A stretch of 64,000 nucleotides of DNA, from contig JASVEC010000018.1 in NCBI GenBank assembly GCA_030770535.1, positions 248,001 to 312,000 on the forward strand, written 5' to 3'. Below are positions 37,073-51,028 of this stretch, piece after piece. The number at the start of each line of letters is the position of its first letter. Positions within the stretch are counted from its first letter, which is position 1. The DNA comes from Batkoa obscura. Taxonomy: Eukaryota. The translations under genes and the position numbers were made by a program. The notes beneath the pieces are model-generated. The model saw nothing but the letters and a program-made list of their open reading frames with translations. It ran no database searches and was not told where the DNA came from.

Positions 37073-38532
37073 ATATAATATTTAATTTTATCGTACTTTT
37101 GGGTACAGCTTAAAAATGATTTATTTCTTATAGAAAACACTCATTTTCTGTAATTTATATTATTTTGGAATAGCTCACTAATTTTACTATAAATATAAAT
37201 TAAATATCATACTATTTTAACAATTTATATAGTAATTAGTTGTAAAATATAGATTTTTAAGTAAGATGGAATTTTGTTATGTAAAAATTTTAATTACCTA
37301 AAATATTAAATTAAACTTAAAATAAATTAAACAATCAAAATTTGTTAATTTTACATTACATTATTATATGATGAATGTTAAAAATATCAAGTATCAAATT
37401 AAAAAAGCAAACTACATTGAAGTAACTTTAAAGTACTGTTTTATATCAGAAACGTTTATTAACTTTAAAGATTCTTATTAATTATTAATATCAATAGGTA
37501 ATAACTCTCACTAATAAAATTGACTATGAAAGAATATAATTTTATGATAAACTTTAACTCTATAAGATAATGCTCACTCACTTTCATAGTGTTTGACATC
37601 TCTAAAGCTATTTGATTCTTCAATTTTTTCGGATAAACTTGAATCAATTTGTAGCCTAAAAAATCGGATTCTGTTTATTACTTGAATACATAAAGGTATT
37701 GCATAAGTAATATTTATTTATTTCTATTAAATAAAATTAGGATTTTTAATTTTATCAGAATTCTGTGAAGAAGCACTTAATTAAAGGCGGGAATTCCTCT
37801 ATCTCCGATTATATACTATCTCCGGTATTTGAAACTTTGGATAGTTTATAGTTTACTATATAAAAAATTCAAATACAATTTCTTTTATATTATTACATTA
37901 TTCACTATTTTATCATAATAGTTACAAAACTCCAAACCCTTAGATCAAATATTTGGTATTACTCCATCAACTCTAACCACCCATTTTCAAAGCATACTAG
38001 GTATTACACACACATTAAATATCTTTCCAAACTTACTTATCATGATTTGAATTTTTATTACTATTAATATTTCTAAATATAGATAACATTAAACCTATTT
38101 TCCAAATGAAAATTTGTTTCAATTTGATAAAAATTAAATAGTCGTAATAATTATGAAAGATGATAAAGTTTTAATTGTTTACATCGCGATCAACAAGCAA
38201 GAAGCTATAAATTATACAAACATTTTAAAAACATTAAAGACTGTCAAATACAAGTAGTAATTAATTTCAACTCTTACTAAGCTTAATAAACAAAGCTTGG
38301 AGGGTTTTTTTTGTACTAATATTCCCTTTGAAACATGTGGATAAACCGTGTAATTTTGAATGAAAATAGAATAGTGAATTTGTAATACACAGAAAAGAAA
38401 AAAGTTAAAAATTAATGGAATTGAAAAGCGAGTTTAAAAATATATAAAAGGATGAAAGAATTATCAAGATTCAGGAAAAATCAAAAAAAAAATTATCAAA
38501 AAATTATTAAACTCAAGAAACTAATTGCAAAT

Positions 38533-39807
38533 ATGTTATTAAATAATATGGCCAACTATTCCGGACCTTACAAAGTAAGTTGTAGGGATATTGAATATAA
38601 TTTTAATTCATCCTCCAATACTCAACAAGATAATGTATTGTTAAAATTATATTATCCATCGGAATCGAATACTATGTATAATCAATTAATGAATTGGGCT
38701 TGTTTTCCGGATCATCGCTATCTTCGAAGTAAGTTATAATACCACACTTAAATCATCTATAGATACTAATCCAACCCCTTAGGTTTATTCGATTATATTA
38801 AAATGCCACATTTAATTAGTAGCACTTTAATCTATTTGTTAGCAGGACAACCCAAAACAGGAAGTTATATATCGGATGGTAGTGATTTGTTAAAAGATAT
38901 TGATGAATTTCCAGTAGCTTTATTTAGTCATGGATTAGCAGGTACACGTACCTTTTATTCAGGGATTTGTGGTGAAATTGCAAGTCATGGGATCATTGTG
39001 GCTGCTGTTGAACATCGAGATGGTTCAGCAGCTTATTCTTATAAATCAAGTGAACCTAGAGAATTGGAATATCAAAGAGCACCTGGTGAAGATGGTAGTT
39101 CTGAAAATTTACAATTTCGTCAAAAACAAATATTAACGAGGAAAAAGGAAGTTAAAGATGGATTGAAAATATTAGAGATGTTAAATCAAGGAGAGTTGAA
39201 GAAAGAAAGTTTACATTTGCCAGATAAAAATGATAAAGAGTTTTTGCATTTAAAGGATTTAAATAAAGATAAAGAAGAAAAGGACTTTTGGTTCAATGGA
39301 TTAAATGTGTTTAAAAATAAGTTGAAGATGGAAGAAACTTATCTTATAGGCCATTCATTTGGTGGAGCTACTGTATTAGATTTATTAACAGAAAAAGAAA
39401 ATCCGTACAAATTAGCAGTTACCTTTGACCCTTGGATGTATCCAGTTACAAATGATACTATTACCAAACCTAGTTTAGGTATTGTTACTGAAGCATTTTA
39501 TAAATGGCAGATGAATTATGATAAAACGTTAAAAATATTTCAAACTAATAATGAAAATCAATTATTTATTCAATTAAACACATTACATTATCATCAGTCA
39601 GATGTACCTTCTTTAGTAGAAAATGTGGTGACTAGATTTAAAACATTACCAATATTTCCAAAACAAGCGTTAAGAGATAATGCTAATGCAGCTCTTAAAT
39701 TCATTGAAGTTCATATGGATCCTATTTTAAAACAAAAATTAAAATTTAATATACCAGAAGATTTAAATGATAAAAGTAAATTTACTCCAATGAATATAAA
39801 AGAATAA
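38533..39807 (+). CDS. PAF-acetylhydrolase-like alpha/beta hydrolase, copy A (2 exons)
   Basis: YSGPYKVSCRDIE, LKLYYPS; intron 38729-38782; FSHGLAGTR, VEHRDGSA, nucleophile GHSFGGAT, FDPW, HYHQSD. Confidence 0.9.
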
Positions 39808-40204
39808 AAAAATAGAATATACTTGTCCTCTCTTATCTAGTTAACTTCCATGATGTTAAGAATTAATAATCAAATGATTCTGTTATTATTACTCTTTAGT
39901 CTTCTCTCTTCTTTTTTAAATAAAGTGTTAGTTTTAAGATAATACTACAAATAAGTTTAAATAAGTATTTTAATTTATTTATCAAATAATAATTTTATAA
40001 TATATTTCTATTAGTTGAAATGTATATTATGATTAAAACATAAAATACAAAACATAATTATAACAATAATAATGTTTCTTTGTTTTATTTAAATTGTAAT
40101 AATAGTCATGAAAAGTAGGCATGAATTTATAATAGAAGTATTGACAAAAAGATGACAAAAATTTCAATTTTACTTTTTATTTCTCTACATTCTCTCACTC
40201 AAAA

Positions 40205-43200
40205 TTAAAATAAATTTCTACACAATGGACAAGTAGATTGTGCTGAAGATTTAAACCATTTAAATAAACAAGCTGGATGAAATTTCTTTTTACATGTACG
40301 ACATTGTTTATTTGGTAAACATTGATCTAATACACCAATAACTGAATAACAAATAGTACAATCTTCCACTCCTTGAAAATGTAAATTCACATTTTTTTGA
40401 AATAGTTTAATACTATCAATTAATGTACCATTCTATATAAATAAAATAAATAAAAATAAAAATAAAAATAAAAATAAAAATAAAAATAAAAAATATTACC
40501 TGAGTTACAAATATAGCTGCTGAATTAAGTGTCCAACCTCTCCATTTCTTTTCTTGAATAACTGGATGTCTATTGCCTACTAATTCAATATTTAACAACG
40601 GATAACTATCTGGCATAACAAAACTAATTGTAATCTCATGTTCATCAATATTAAAACAAATTAAGATTTCATTTTTTATTCTTTTAATTTGACAATTTTC
40701 TTTTTCTAATTCAATAATTTTATCTTCAATTTGATTTAAATTAAATTCAATCATTTTTTTGGAATATTGTTGAATTATATATTTTTCTAAAGATTTACTT
40801 TGTTTTTGATTATTTAAACTTAAATACCATGTACGTATACTTGATGGTAATAATAATAATAATTGATAAAATAAATAGGAAGATAAAATATTAATGCTAT
40901 TATAATTCAAATTCATTTCATTTAAATAAATTTGTTGAATTTGGAATTTACTACTATCAAATGAAGTTTGTTGTTGATTATTAATATTCAATAAATTAAT
41001 TATTGAATTTAATATATTATCTAATAAAATTGGGTAATTATTATTTATAAAATCAATATAATATAATTTTAATTTGTAACTACAGTTAATAAAATAATGA
41101 ATTAATAAATAAATATTTAATAATTTAGAATATATTATTAAATCATTATCAATTAAATTTGAATTTAAATTAACTTGTTGAATATTATTAATTATATTTT
41201 GATTAATTGGTATTATTAAATCAATTTTATTTTCTTCTTCGATTGAATCATCTTGTATAATTAATTCATTTTTTTCAATTTCATTTTCAATAATTAATAC
41301 AATTAATTGAGTAGATGAAATCATTAATTCCAAATAATTACTATTATAAACATTAAATAATCGATTCATTATATTTTCATTGTTAATTTTAATTTTATCA
41401 ATTAAATTGAATGTTAATTGATTTAATTCATTATAATAATTTCGTTTAAATAGTTCTAATTCATTGCCCTTATTATTTATCATTGTACTTAATTCACATT
41501 CATTTAAATAAACCTTCAATATTAAATTTTGTAATTCATCAAATTTTGTCTTTAATAAGTGATTGATTGATGGATTTAATATTTTATTTTTAAAGTTAAA
41601 ATAGAATGTATTTAATATTAATATTCCTTTTTCTTTAACAAATAATATAATTTCTTCTTCTTCTTTAATTTTTAATAATATAATAATTAATTGAATTGTT
41701 TTATCAATAAAACTTAAATTAATAGGTTGTAATAAGATAATATTAATTAATTTATCAAATATATTAAACAATATTCCAATTGAAATTAATAATTGATTAT
41801 TATTATTAATATCTTTTTTATCAATTAAATAAATTAAATTTAATATCCAATTAGCTAATTGAACTTGATAATTAATTGGTAATAAATTTAAATTTAAATT
41901 ATTTAATAAAAATAATTCAAATTGAATTGAATTCTTTTTTTCATTTTCATTTTCATTATTATTATTATTGATTAATATATTATACATTTGTTGACTTTGA
42001 ATACTTATTAATTGATTTATTAAATCTATTTGATACTTTAAATTAAATTCATTTAAATTAACATTCATTGAATAATTCTTTATAATTACTTGAAGTAATA
42101 TATTCTTTAATATTTCATTTTGAACTTCATTTAATAAATATTTCATATTATCAACCATATTATTCTTATTATAATTCTCAATTAAATAATATTCCCATAC
42201 AATAATAATTGAAACAATATTAAATTCATTTTGAATCTCTAATAAACTCTGCAATAATTCCATTATGTTTTTTAAATCCCATTCTTTAATATTTAAATAT
42301 TCTATAATATTTAAAAATAATCCATTATTTTCTAATTGATTAAAATAATTTAAATCATTACGATCATATTCTTTATTAAAATAATATTCAATTGATTGTA
42401 TTAAACTTATTGTTAAATAATTACTAATTAACTGTTGTTTATTATTTAATTGAGTTAATAATTCTATATCAATTTCTTTAATAACATTAAAATAATATAA
42501 TAATAATTTATTAAATATTATTTCATTTAATATTAAATTATCATCATTATTATTATCTAATATATTATTATTATTTTTGTTTTTTTCTAATATTAAACAA
42601 ATTGGATAATTATTGTTGATATAATTACTATTAAATTCTAATTGTTTAATATAATCATTAATTGTATTCCAATGATATTGATCAAAAAATGTAATTTCAA
42701 TAATTTGATTAATTTGATTAATATTCCATTGATTCTTCTTCATTAAATTTAATAATTGATTAATTAATTTTGTTAATAAATCATTATTTAATTCATTCTT
42801 AAAATCTTTAGTAATTTCTATATTAATTTCCATAATTAAATTCTTAATTAAATTCATTGCAATTTCATTATCAATTGTATTTAAAATTTGTATAATTACT
42901 TTATAAAGTTCATCAATTTCAATTAATAAATTATTATATAATAAACTTTGATATTGAAATTTGAATTCCATTTTTTTAAATTTAAACAATATTAATTTAC
43001 TAATTATTGTCTCATTATAATTTAATATTCTTTTGATGTATTTTGTATTTTCCTTTTCATTCATTACTTTTTTAATACCATTAATTATTATTTTAATAAT
43101 GCTGATTAATTTATAACTATATAATTCATCATGTTCTTGTTTATTCCATTCTATTTTTTGGATTTTATCTTGATTCTTTTGTAAATTGTTTTTTTCTTCC

Positions 43201-43952
43201 TCATTCTCTTCTTCTTCGCTTTCGCTTTCTTCTTCTTTATCCTCGTTCTCTTTATTCTCTTCCTCTTTATCCTCTCCCTCTCTTCTATTGTTAATCTCTT
43301 CTTCAATTACTTTTACAGTTAACTCCTCATTTTCGTACTTATCAACTCTTAATTTCTCTAAAAATAAATCCCAATAATTACCTAAACAATTAAATAATTG
43401 TTTATAAAATTTATTACTAAACACCATTTCTGGTGCAATTAAAATAATTTGTAATAATTGATTGATTGATAAATCATTATTAATAGTTAAGTTATCTTTG
43501 TTAATATAATAAAAATCTTGATTTATAATTATTGTTTGAAATAAATTTAATACCCAAAATTCAATAGAAGAAAAACTTTCAATTGAAAATTCACCTTTTT
43601 TCATCTAATAAAAAAATTAATATTAATAAATTAGTTCTATTATAATTATATTATGAATTAATTTACCTTTTCAATTAATAGACTGAGGAGCTGAATTTTA
43701 AATCCATAGTTGATTTTATCAGTTGATAATTTCATAATTTCCATTAACTTAATTACAATTTGATTATTTTGTTTATTAAATGAATTATTTTCATTTAATA
43801 AAGTATTTAATCCTAACTCAACATTATAATAAATCATTTGATTTAAAATTAATTCATTAATTGGAGTTATTGATTCTTTTGTATCTTCTGTAAATTGATC
43901 AAATAATATCAAATAACAATTACAATAAAAATTAAATAAAACTATTAATGTT

Positions 43953-43984
<32 letters not shown>

Positions 43985-46169
43985 TTCTTCATTGTTACTA
44001 TCATCTAATTGATTAAATGCATCTAAAAATAATTGTTCAGCTAATTGAATAAATTTCTCTTTTTCTTGAGTATAATAAATTAATTCTTTTAATAAAGTAA
44101 TAATTTGTAATTCATTTAAGTTAATTTCATTTAATTGATTGTGAAATATTATTTGTTGACATCTTTCTTCTAATTCTAAAAATACGTTTTCAAAATTATC
44201 ATATTGATTTTGATTTTTATAATAAATTATTAAATTATTAATAAATTGAGCATAAATTGACAGACATGGTGTAATATCAATATCGTTATTATTATTTATA
44301 TTCTTATCTCCAGTAGTTAATAATTTGTACCAATTTTGTTGAATTAAATTTAATAATTCATTGTTATTATTACTATTACTATTGTTACTAGTATTTAATC
44401 CTATTTTTTTTAATAAAATATTATAAATCTTAATCGTCAATTGAATTCTTTCAACAATAATTAATTGTTGATTTTTAATTGTTTGTTTCATTAAATGAAT
44501 ATCATTTTGTATAGCTTGAATTAGTAACTTAATATTTTTTTCATTAAACTGAATTAATTCCATTTCGTTAATTAATAAATCTAAGTAATTAAATACTACT
44601 AATGTATTATTTCCACATCCTTCATTAATAAATCGTATTAATTTATTAATACTTGGTTTTTTTTGTAAAGACCAAATTATTGGAAATTCTAATTAAATAT
44701 AATTAATTAATAATTAATATTAATAAATTAAAGATTACTTTTAGTTAATACAATTAAAGCTTCAAATAATAATTGATGATTGAAATGATCGGTTTCATTA
44801 AAACAAACAGTTAAAAAATATTTACTATAATTTTCTAATCTTTTTTCAATTAATTCTAAATTAATAAAATATTAATATAGCTTATTAAATATATAAAAAC
44901 AAAAATTTACCTTTTTGATTTAAACAAATACCCAAAATGAGTTCATAACTTGCTCTACGAATGTAATAATCATCGTGTTTAAAATACATAAAATATTTTT
45001 CATTATCAAATATTTCTTCGTATTTTTCAATTTTTGATGCTCTTTTTTCTAAAGATAAATTATCTAATAACAAAATTTAACTTTCTTTACTTTTATTATA
45101 TTATAATCTAAAACTTACTCATCAAATAATTTAATATTCTAAAACAAGCACTAATTATTTTACTATATCGTTGATCCATTTCTTCATTAGAATAAAATCG
45201 ATTATCAGCTAAAAATGAACAAAATTATTAATTATTATTACTTTATTAACTATTATTACTTTATTATTATTTCAACTAAAAAAACTACTTACAAATGCTT
45301 TCCCTTGATTGATAAATCAAATAATTTGTCACAAACTCTAAAATTTCTTCTTGACCAAATTTCAACACATCTTCTTGTTTTTCACTAGGAAATAAATTCT
45401 AATCAATTGAATATCAGTCATCTACTTATATATAAATTTATTAACCTTTAAAAGAAAATTTACCTCAAATAATTTCTTTGCCAATTCTGCTTGTTCTTTA
45501 TTATCAAAAAAGGCTGCTAACCAAGAAGGTAACAATTGTTTTAAATGAGGTCGTATTTTTCTATTAATTTTATCCACAATAGTTTGAAAAATCAATAAAT
45601 TTAAGCTTCTAACTTTACGTTCTAAATCAAATACAAACTTTTGAAATTGGGGTACCTAATAAATCACCATTTAATATTAATTAAAATAATACATTATCTT
45701 AAATAATCGATAAATTAAATTAATAAAAAGAACTTACATAAACATTTAAAAATATTTCCATTTCTTCTTCCTTGATAGTTACTATTTTATTATAAATATC
45801 CTGCAAAGCTTTCACTTTAGTAACACTATTACGTTTACTAAGTTTCTTCAAATTCACTATAAGCTCTTGATCTAAATTAGCACTTTCTATAGCCATTGCA
45901 TTTGTTTTCTCTTTATCCTCTGAAGTAAAAGTATTGAAATTGATATTTAAGCTGAAACCAGTATTAAACCCGATTTCTTTTGTTAAAAGATCAGCAGCGA
46001 AACTAAAAAAATAAATTAAAAGTGAATATTAAATTGATAAATTTAATTTAGTTTTTAGTTATTCTTTAAGTAAAATCTTAATTTTATATTAAATAACTTA
46101 CCTACTAGAACTAGGTTTCATGTTCCCCTTCACTCTTTCTGTAGTATTGATTTTTTTATTTTTAACCAT
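40205..46169 (-). CDS. LTN1: Listerin E3 ubiquitin ligase, multi-exon
   Basis: N-terminal RVKGNMKPSSS, LKKLSKRNSVTKVKALQ, IRPHLKQLLPSWL; RWD-like MPDSYPL; C-terminal RING FQGVEDCTICYS...CRTCKKKFHPACLFKWFKSSAQSTCPLCR. Confidence 0.92.
40438..40494. repeat. (TAAAAA)n microsatellite in the last LTN1 intron
   Basis: Tandem hexamers; they produce the spurious IFIFIF tail of the 1062-aa ORF. Confidence 0.8.
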
Positions 46170-46896
46170 TTTTTAGAATTGAATTCAATTTATTAAAATT
46201 TGAAAACATTAATATTTTACTTATTTATTGAGTTTTTATTAATTTTCTATATTTTGTTACGCAGTATGAAAGTGAATTTTTTAACAAATTATCCTTAGAT
46301 TATTGGTCTATTTTGGATTTATTTGAAATTAATTGGTAGATTTAAAAAGTATGATTTCATTCTCTTTTCAAAGTGCAAAGTTAATTCTTAGATATTTTTG
46401 GATTTTATCTAAGTGAGATAACCTTTAGTTGATATTCTTAGTGTAAATGCTATAATATCATTTGAACTCTTAGCTCTTAGTATTTTAATTCAATTTTTAT
46501 ATAAAATTATTTAAAAAAATTAAAATTTTAATACCTGATAGTTTCTATACTTAATCAAATTTATATTATATTTTCAAGCTTTTAAAATTATAGATAGCTT
46601 GTTTTATAGCAAGATTTGATAAAATTTCTATTCGATCAACTTTTTAAATCCTCAATTAAATAACTACTTTCTAAAAAATTTAGTGAAGTAACTTATATTT
46701 AACAGCTATAGTATTTAAAACCAATGATAAAAACTTAACTTTATAGCTTTGATTGAAATTATATGTTATATTATTTAAGTAATACATGATCGGAAAAATT
46801 AAAGAGAAGGTATATATCAGATTTATAGATTATTAATGAGTTGACCTAATTTTTATATCACTATAAGTAGGGCATCCTATGTCTAAAATACTATAT

Positions 46897-46991
46897 GGGG
46901 CTGTATTTTTGTGTTTAAGAATTTTACTAACAAATTTTCCATTCAAATAGCACTTAAGATGAAAAAAGCGATGAGGCCAAAAAACACTCCC
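46897..46991 (-). mobile_element. MITE family A, copy 16
   Basis: GGGGCTGTA...CACTCCC with ATAT on both sides. Confidence 0.85.
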
Positions 46992-47022
46992 ATATATAAG
47001 TTTAAACAACTTTCTTTCTTTC

Positions 47023-48312
47023 TTATTCATTCATTTTAGTAAATTTATCTTTTATCACATAACTTATCCGTAATACTTAAATTCAATTTTCGTTTTAGAT
47101 TATGCATTTATAAAACTTGATAAATTTAAGAACTACATTACCATCATCCCTCAATGCTTGCTTTGAAGATATTGGCAAAGTTATAACAGAAGAGGCTACA
47201 TCTTCTATTAAAGAAAGTCTATCGGATTGATGAAAACGATAAGCATTCAATTAAATAAATAATTGATCTTCATTATTTACTTTAAATAATTTCAATGTTT
47301 TGTCATAATTTAATTATCATTTATAAAAGTATTCGCTAATGATACTTAGAGTAGGTTTAGTAATAGTATCATTTGTAACCGGATACATCTAGGAATCAAA
47401 CCCAATTCCTAACCTATATGGATTTTATTTTTCATTCAGTAATTCTAAGAGAGTAGCATCGCCAAATGAATGATACATGACCTAATAGATAAGTCTCTTC
47501 CATCTTTAATCTATTTTTAAAACTAACTAAAGAATTAAAACAAAGCCCATTTTCCTTTTTGCCTTTATTTAAATCTTTCAAAATAGAAACTCTTTATCTT
47601 TATCTTTATCTTTATCTTTCTCATCTATTAAATATAATTCTTATTTTATTAACTCACTTTGGTTTAATAACTCGAATAACTTAAATTTATTTTTAGTCTC
47701 TTTCTTCCTCATCAATATTTGATTCTGATAAAGTGATAAATTTTCTGAACTAATTCTCATCCTAGTGGAAAAACTTATGTTCTACTACTTTATATCCACC
47801 ACCTTTATAAGAGAAAGCTGCTAATCCATCTTGATATTCAATGGCAACAACTATATCATGGTTTCCAATCTCCTCGCAAATTTTCAAGTAAGGAGTGCGT
47901 ATATTTACTAAACCATGACTAAATAAAGTAGTTAGAAACTTATCAATATCTTTTAATAAATCACTCCTATCTGATATATAACTAATAATCTTTGATTGAG
48001 TGACTAAGAAATGAATCAGTGAATTACTGATCATAGTATGTGATTTGAAGTAGTCTAATAAGCCTATTAAGATGAATCGGTACATAAAAAGCAATATCTA
48101 TAGCATAATACTACCTCTCATATATCAATCACCGGGATAGGACGCCCAATTAACTAATCGATTATGTAGTTTGATAGATTATGAAGAATATTAAAACCTT
48201 AATAATAAATTATCATTTTTTATGGGGTTTATATAATGTTTAAGTTGTATTGTATATCTCTAAAGCTTACCTTATAAGGACTTATGTAGGTGGACAAGTT
48301 GTTTAGTAGCAT
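47023..48312 (-). pseudogene. PAF-acetylhydrolase pseudogene
   Basis: Starts MLLNNLSTYISPYKVSFRDIQYNL, then TAA at 48229-48231. A 7-nt insertion breaks GHSFGG (~47470), TAG replaces the Trp of DPW (~47389), and the tail reads PISSKQALRDD. Confidence 0.88.
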
Positions 48313-48314
48313 AT

Positions 48315-48413
48315 GGAAGTATGTTTCTTTGTTTAAGAATTTTATTAATGACCTTTCCACTTAAATAGCGCTTAAAAAATGGAAAAACTGATGAAACTAA
48401 AAAAAATAGCCTC
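48315..48413 (-). mobile_element. MITE family A, copy 17
   Basis: ATAT flanks; the left ATAT overlaps the pseudogene start codon. Confidence 0.82.
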
Positions 48414-48417
48414 ATAT

Positions 48418-48516
48418 GGTAATGTTTTTCCTAGTTTCATCAGTTTTTCCATTTTTTAAGCGCTATTTAAGTGAAAAGGTCATTAATAAAATTCTTAAAC
48501 AAAAAAATACATCCCT
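48418..48516 (+). mobile_element. MITE family A, copy 18 (inverted twin of copy 17)
   Basis: Shares the ATAT at 48414-48417 and the private variants CATCAG and AAGGTCATTAATAAAA with copy 17. Confidence 0.82.
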
Positions 48517-49120
48517 ATATTAAAAATTAATTTTATTTTTTCTGACTTTTTTCTTTGATTGGCTTTCATTGCTTTATTTATGTGTTTTGATTATTTAATA
48601 ATTATTATACAATTAATAACTTCACCCACCCTTCTTAGTGGTCTTCGTGTTGATAGCCTTGATCTCGATAAAAACATAATTTGTCTTATTTATTTGGTAT
48701 TATGTCATTTTTTAAAAGTAATTACATCCAAAATATTAAGAAATAATAGATTAATAATGAAAAAAAGATAAGAGAATTCATTATCACCTTAGAGCAACTA
48801 CTTTATGAGGATACTTTTTTTGAGAAGAAAAATTATGTCTTTTAAAAGATTTATTCACAAAACAGTTTATTTGATGATTATAATATTTAAAACAGTAGTA
48901 AATACTTCACTAGTATTAAAAGTTATCATTAATCAAAGCTATATCTTAAAAGAGATCTGCTTATCAAACCTATGGGTTATTAGTGGATCAAGTTGAATCT
49001 TTACAAGACGCTTCATAGACTTTTCTGAGATAAAAAAGCAGATAACTTTTTAACGCTAACTACTCAGTTATCCTACACTCAAAATTTTAAAAATCTAAAT
49101 CGATTCTTTTATCTTACTTA

Positions 49121-50396
49121 TTATATATCTACTGAACTAAACTTAGTAGAATCTTTTAAATTACCCTTTATATTATATTTCAACTTTCTTTTCAAGTCAG
49201 TATCCATATATAAATCAATAAAACTAAGGGCCGCATTAGCATCGTCTCTTAAAGCTTGTTTTGGTGATATTTTCAATTTTTTAAATTTTGATACAAAATT
49301 TTCTAATAAAGAGGGAGCATCAGATTGGTGAATATGTTTGGTATTTAATTGAATATACATTTGGTTATTATTATTTGTTCTAAATAATTTAAGAGTTGAA
49401 TCAAAATTGATTTTCCATATATAAAAAGCATTTGTTATGATTCCTAAAGTAGGTCTTGTTATATTATCACTAGTAACTGGATACATCCAAGGATCAAATG
49501 TAATTCCAATTTTATAAGGGTTATCTTTTTCATTCAATAATTCTAATACAGTTGCACCGCCAAATGAATGACCTAAAAGATAATTTTCTTTCAAATTTAA
49601 TCTATTTTTGAATTTAGATAATCCACTGAACCAAAACTCTTTCTCTTCTTTATTTTCATTCAATTTCTTTAAATATTGAAATTCTTTATCCTTTTTATCT
49701 GGTAAATATAATGCTTCCCTTTTTAACTCTCCTTGGTTTAACATTTCCAATACTTTTAATCCATTTTTAGTCTCTTGCTTTCTCATTAATAGTTGATTTT
49801 GACGAAACAATAAATCTTCTTTACTTTTTTCTTCCCATTCTGGAAACTTATATTTCAATCCTTTTGAGTTCTCGCCCCTATAGGAATAAGCAGCAGAACC
49901 ATCTCGATGTTCAATAGCTGCTACTATAATCCCATGGCTTGCCAATTCTCCACAAATCCCCGAATAAAAGGTACGTGTACCTGCTAATCCATGACTAAAT
50001 AAAGCTACTGGAAATTCATCAACATCTTTTAACAAATCACTACCATCCGATATATAACTTCCTGTTTTGGGTTGACCAGCTAAGAAATAAATCAATGGCT
50101 TACTAATTATACTCGGCACTTTGATATAATCCAAGACACCTATTTAATTGAAGTTATTATGTTAGTTAGGATAATTAAGTTTTAATAATATTACCTTTCA
50201 AATATTGATTTTCAGGATAAGAAGCCCACTTGGTTAATTGATTGTATAACTTATTTGATTCTGAAGGGTAATAAATTTTTAATAACACACTATCTTCTTG
50301 CTGATATATGTTTTGAGTTAGGTTTAAGTTATATTCAATGTCCCTACAACTTACTTTGTATGGGCCTGAATAAGCAGGTAGATTATTAACTAACAT
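49121..50396 (-). CDS. PAF-acetylhydrolase-like hydrolase, copy B (2 exons)
   Basis: Same exon structure as copy A; FSHGLAGTR, GHSFGGAT, FDPW, HIHQSD. Confidence 0.9.
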
Positions 50397-50583
50397 TTTT
50401 GTGATGACTTTTTTTATTAAAGATTTTCTTAATATTTCTCGAATAATAGTTAATTATTTTATATGCTTTTAAATATTTTGAAAGTCTTTTTATATCTATC
50501 TATTAGTAACTATACAATTACTGCCCTTCTCTTATTGATCTTCATAAAATAAAATTTTGATCTCAATAGAAACACAATCTATC

Positions 50584-50618
<35 letters not shown>

Positions 50619-50720
50619 TTTAAGTTGAAAAATTAAATTAAATTTTGTTGTTTCATCTTGATATAAATAAAAAAATTAAATATTTGAATCTAAAGAAAGA
50701 TTATTGTCAGTATAGTATTT

Positions 50721-50818
50721 GGGGCTGTTTTTTTTGACTTCATTATTTTTCCGTTTTTTAAGCGCTATTTGAGTGGAAAATTTGTTAGTAAAATTCTTAA
50801 ACATAAAAATACATCCTC
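50721..50818 (+). mobile_element. MITE family A, copy 19
   Basis: GGGGCTG...CATCCTC with ATTT on both sides. Confidence 0.85.
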
Positions 50819-50929
50819 ATTTGATAGCTTTAGAAGTAATAGTAGAGTTACATATAGTAAAAGATAATCTCGGAGCTAGTATGATTTGACTTTAGAATCA
50901 TCTTGTTTCTATGACTTTAAACTTGAAGT

Positions 50930-51028
50930 GGGAGTGTTTTTTTTAACTTCATTACTTTTTCCATTTTTTAAGCACTATTTAAGCGGAAAATTTATTAGTA
51001 AAATTCTTAAAAACAAAAATACATCCTC
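50930..51028 (+). mobile_element. MITE family A, copy 20
   Basis: GGGAGTG...CATCCTC with AAGT on both sides. Confidence 0.85.

Noticed and set aside
38452..38532. N-terminal extension of PAF-AH copy A
   Set aside because: All paralogues start at M-L-x-N-N (ATG 38533 here). The upstream A-rich segment is most likely 5'UTR.
40416..44563. 1062-aa and 301-aa ORFs as independent novel proteins
   Set aside because: They are internal exons of LTN1, bounded by GT-AG introns between the conserved N-terminus and the RING.
47762..48094. 110-aa ORF as a functional gene
   Set aside because: It is a fragment of the PAF-AH pseudogene, which has stops and a frameshift in the catalytic motif.
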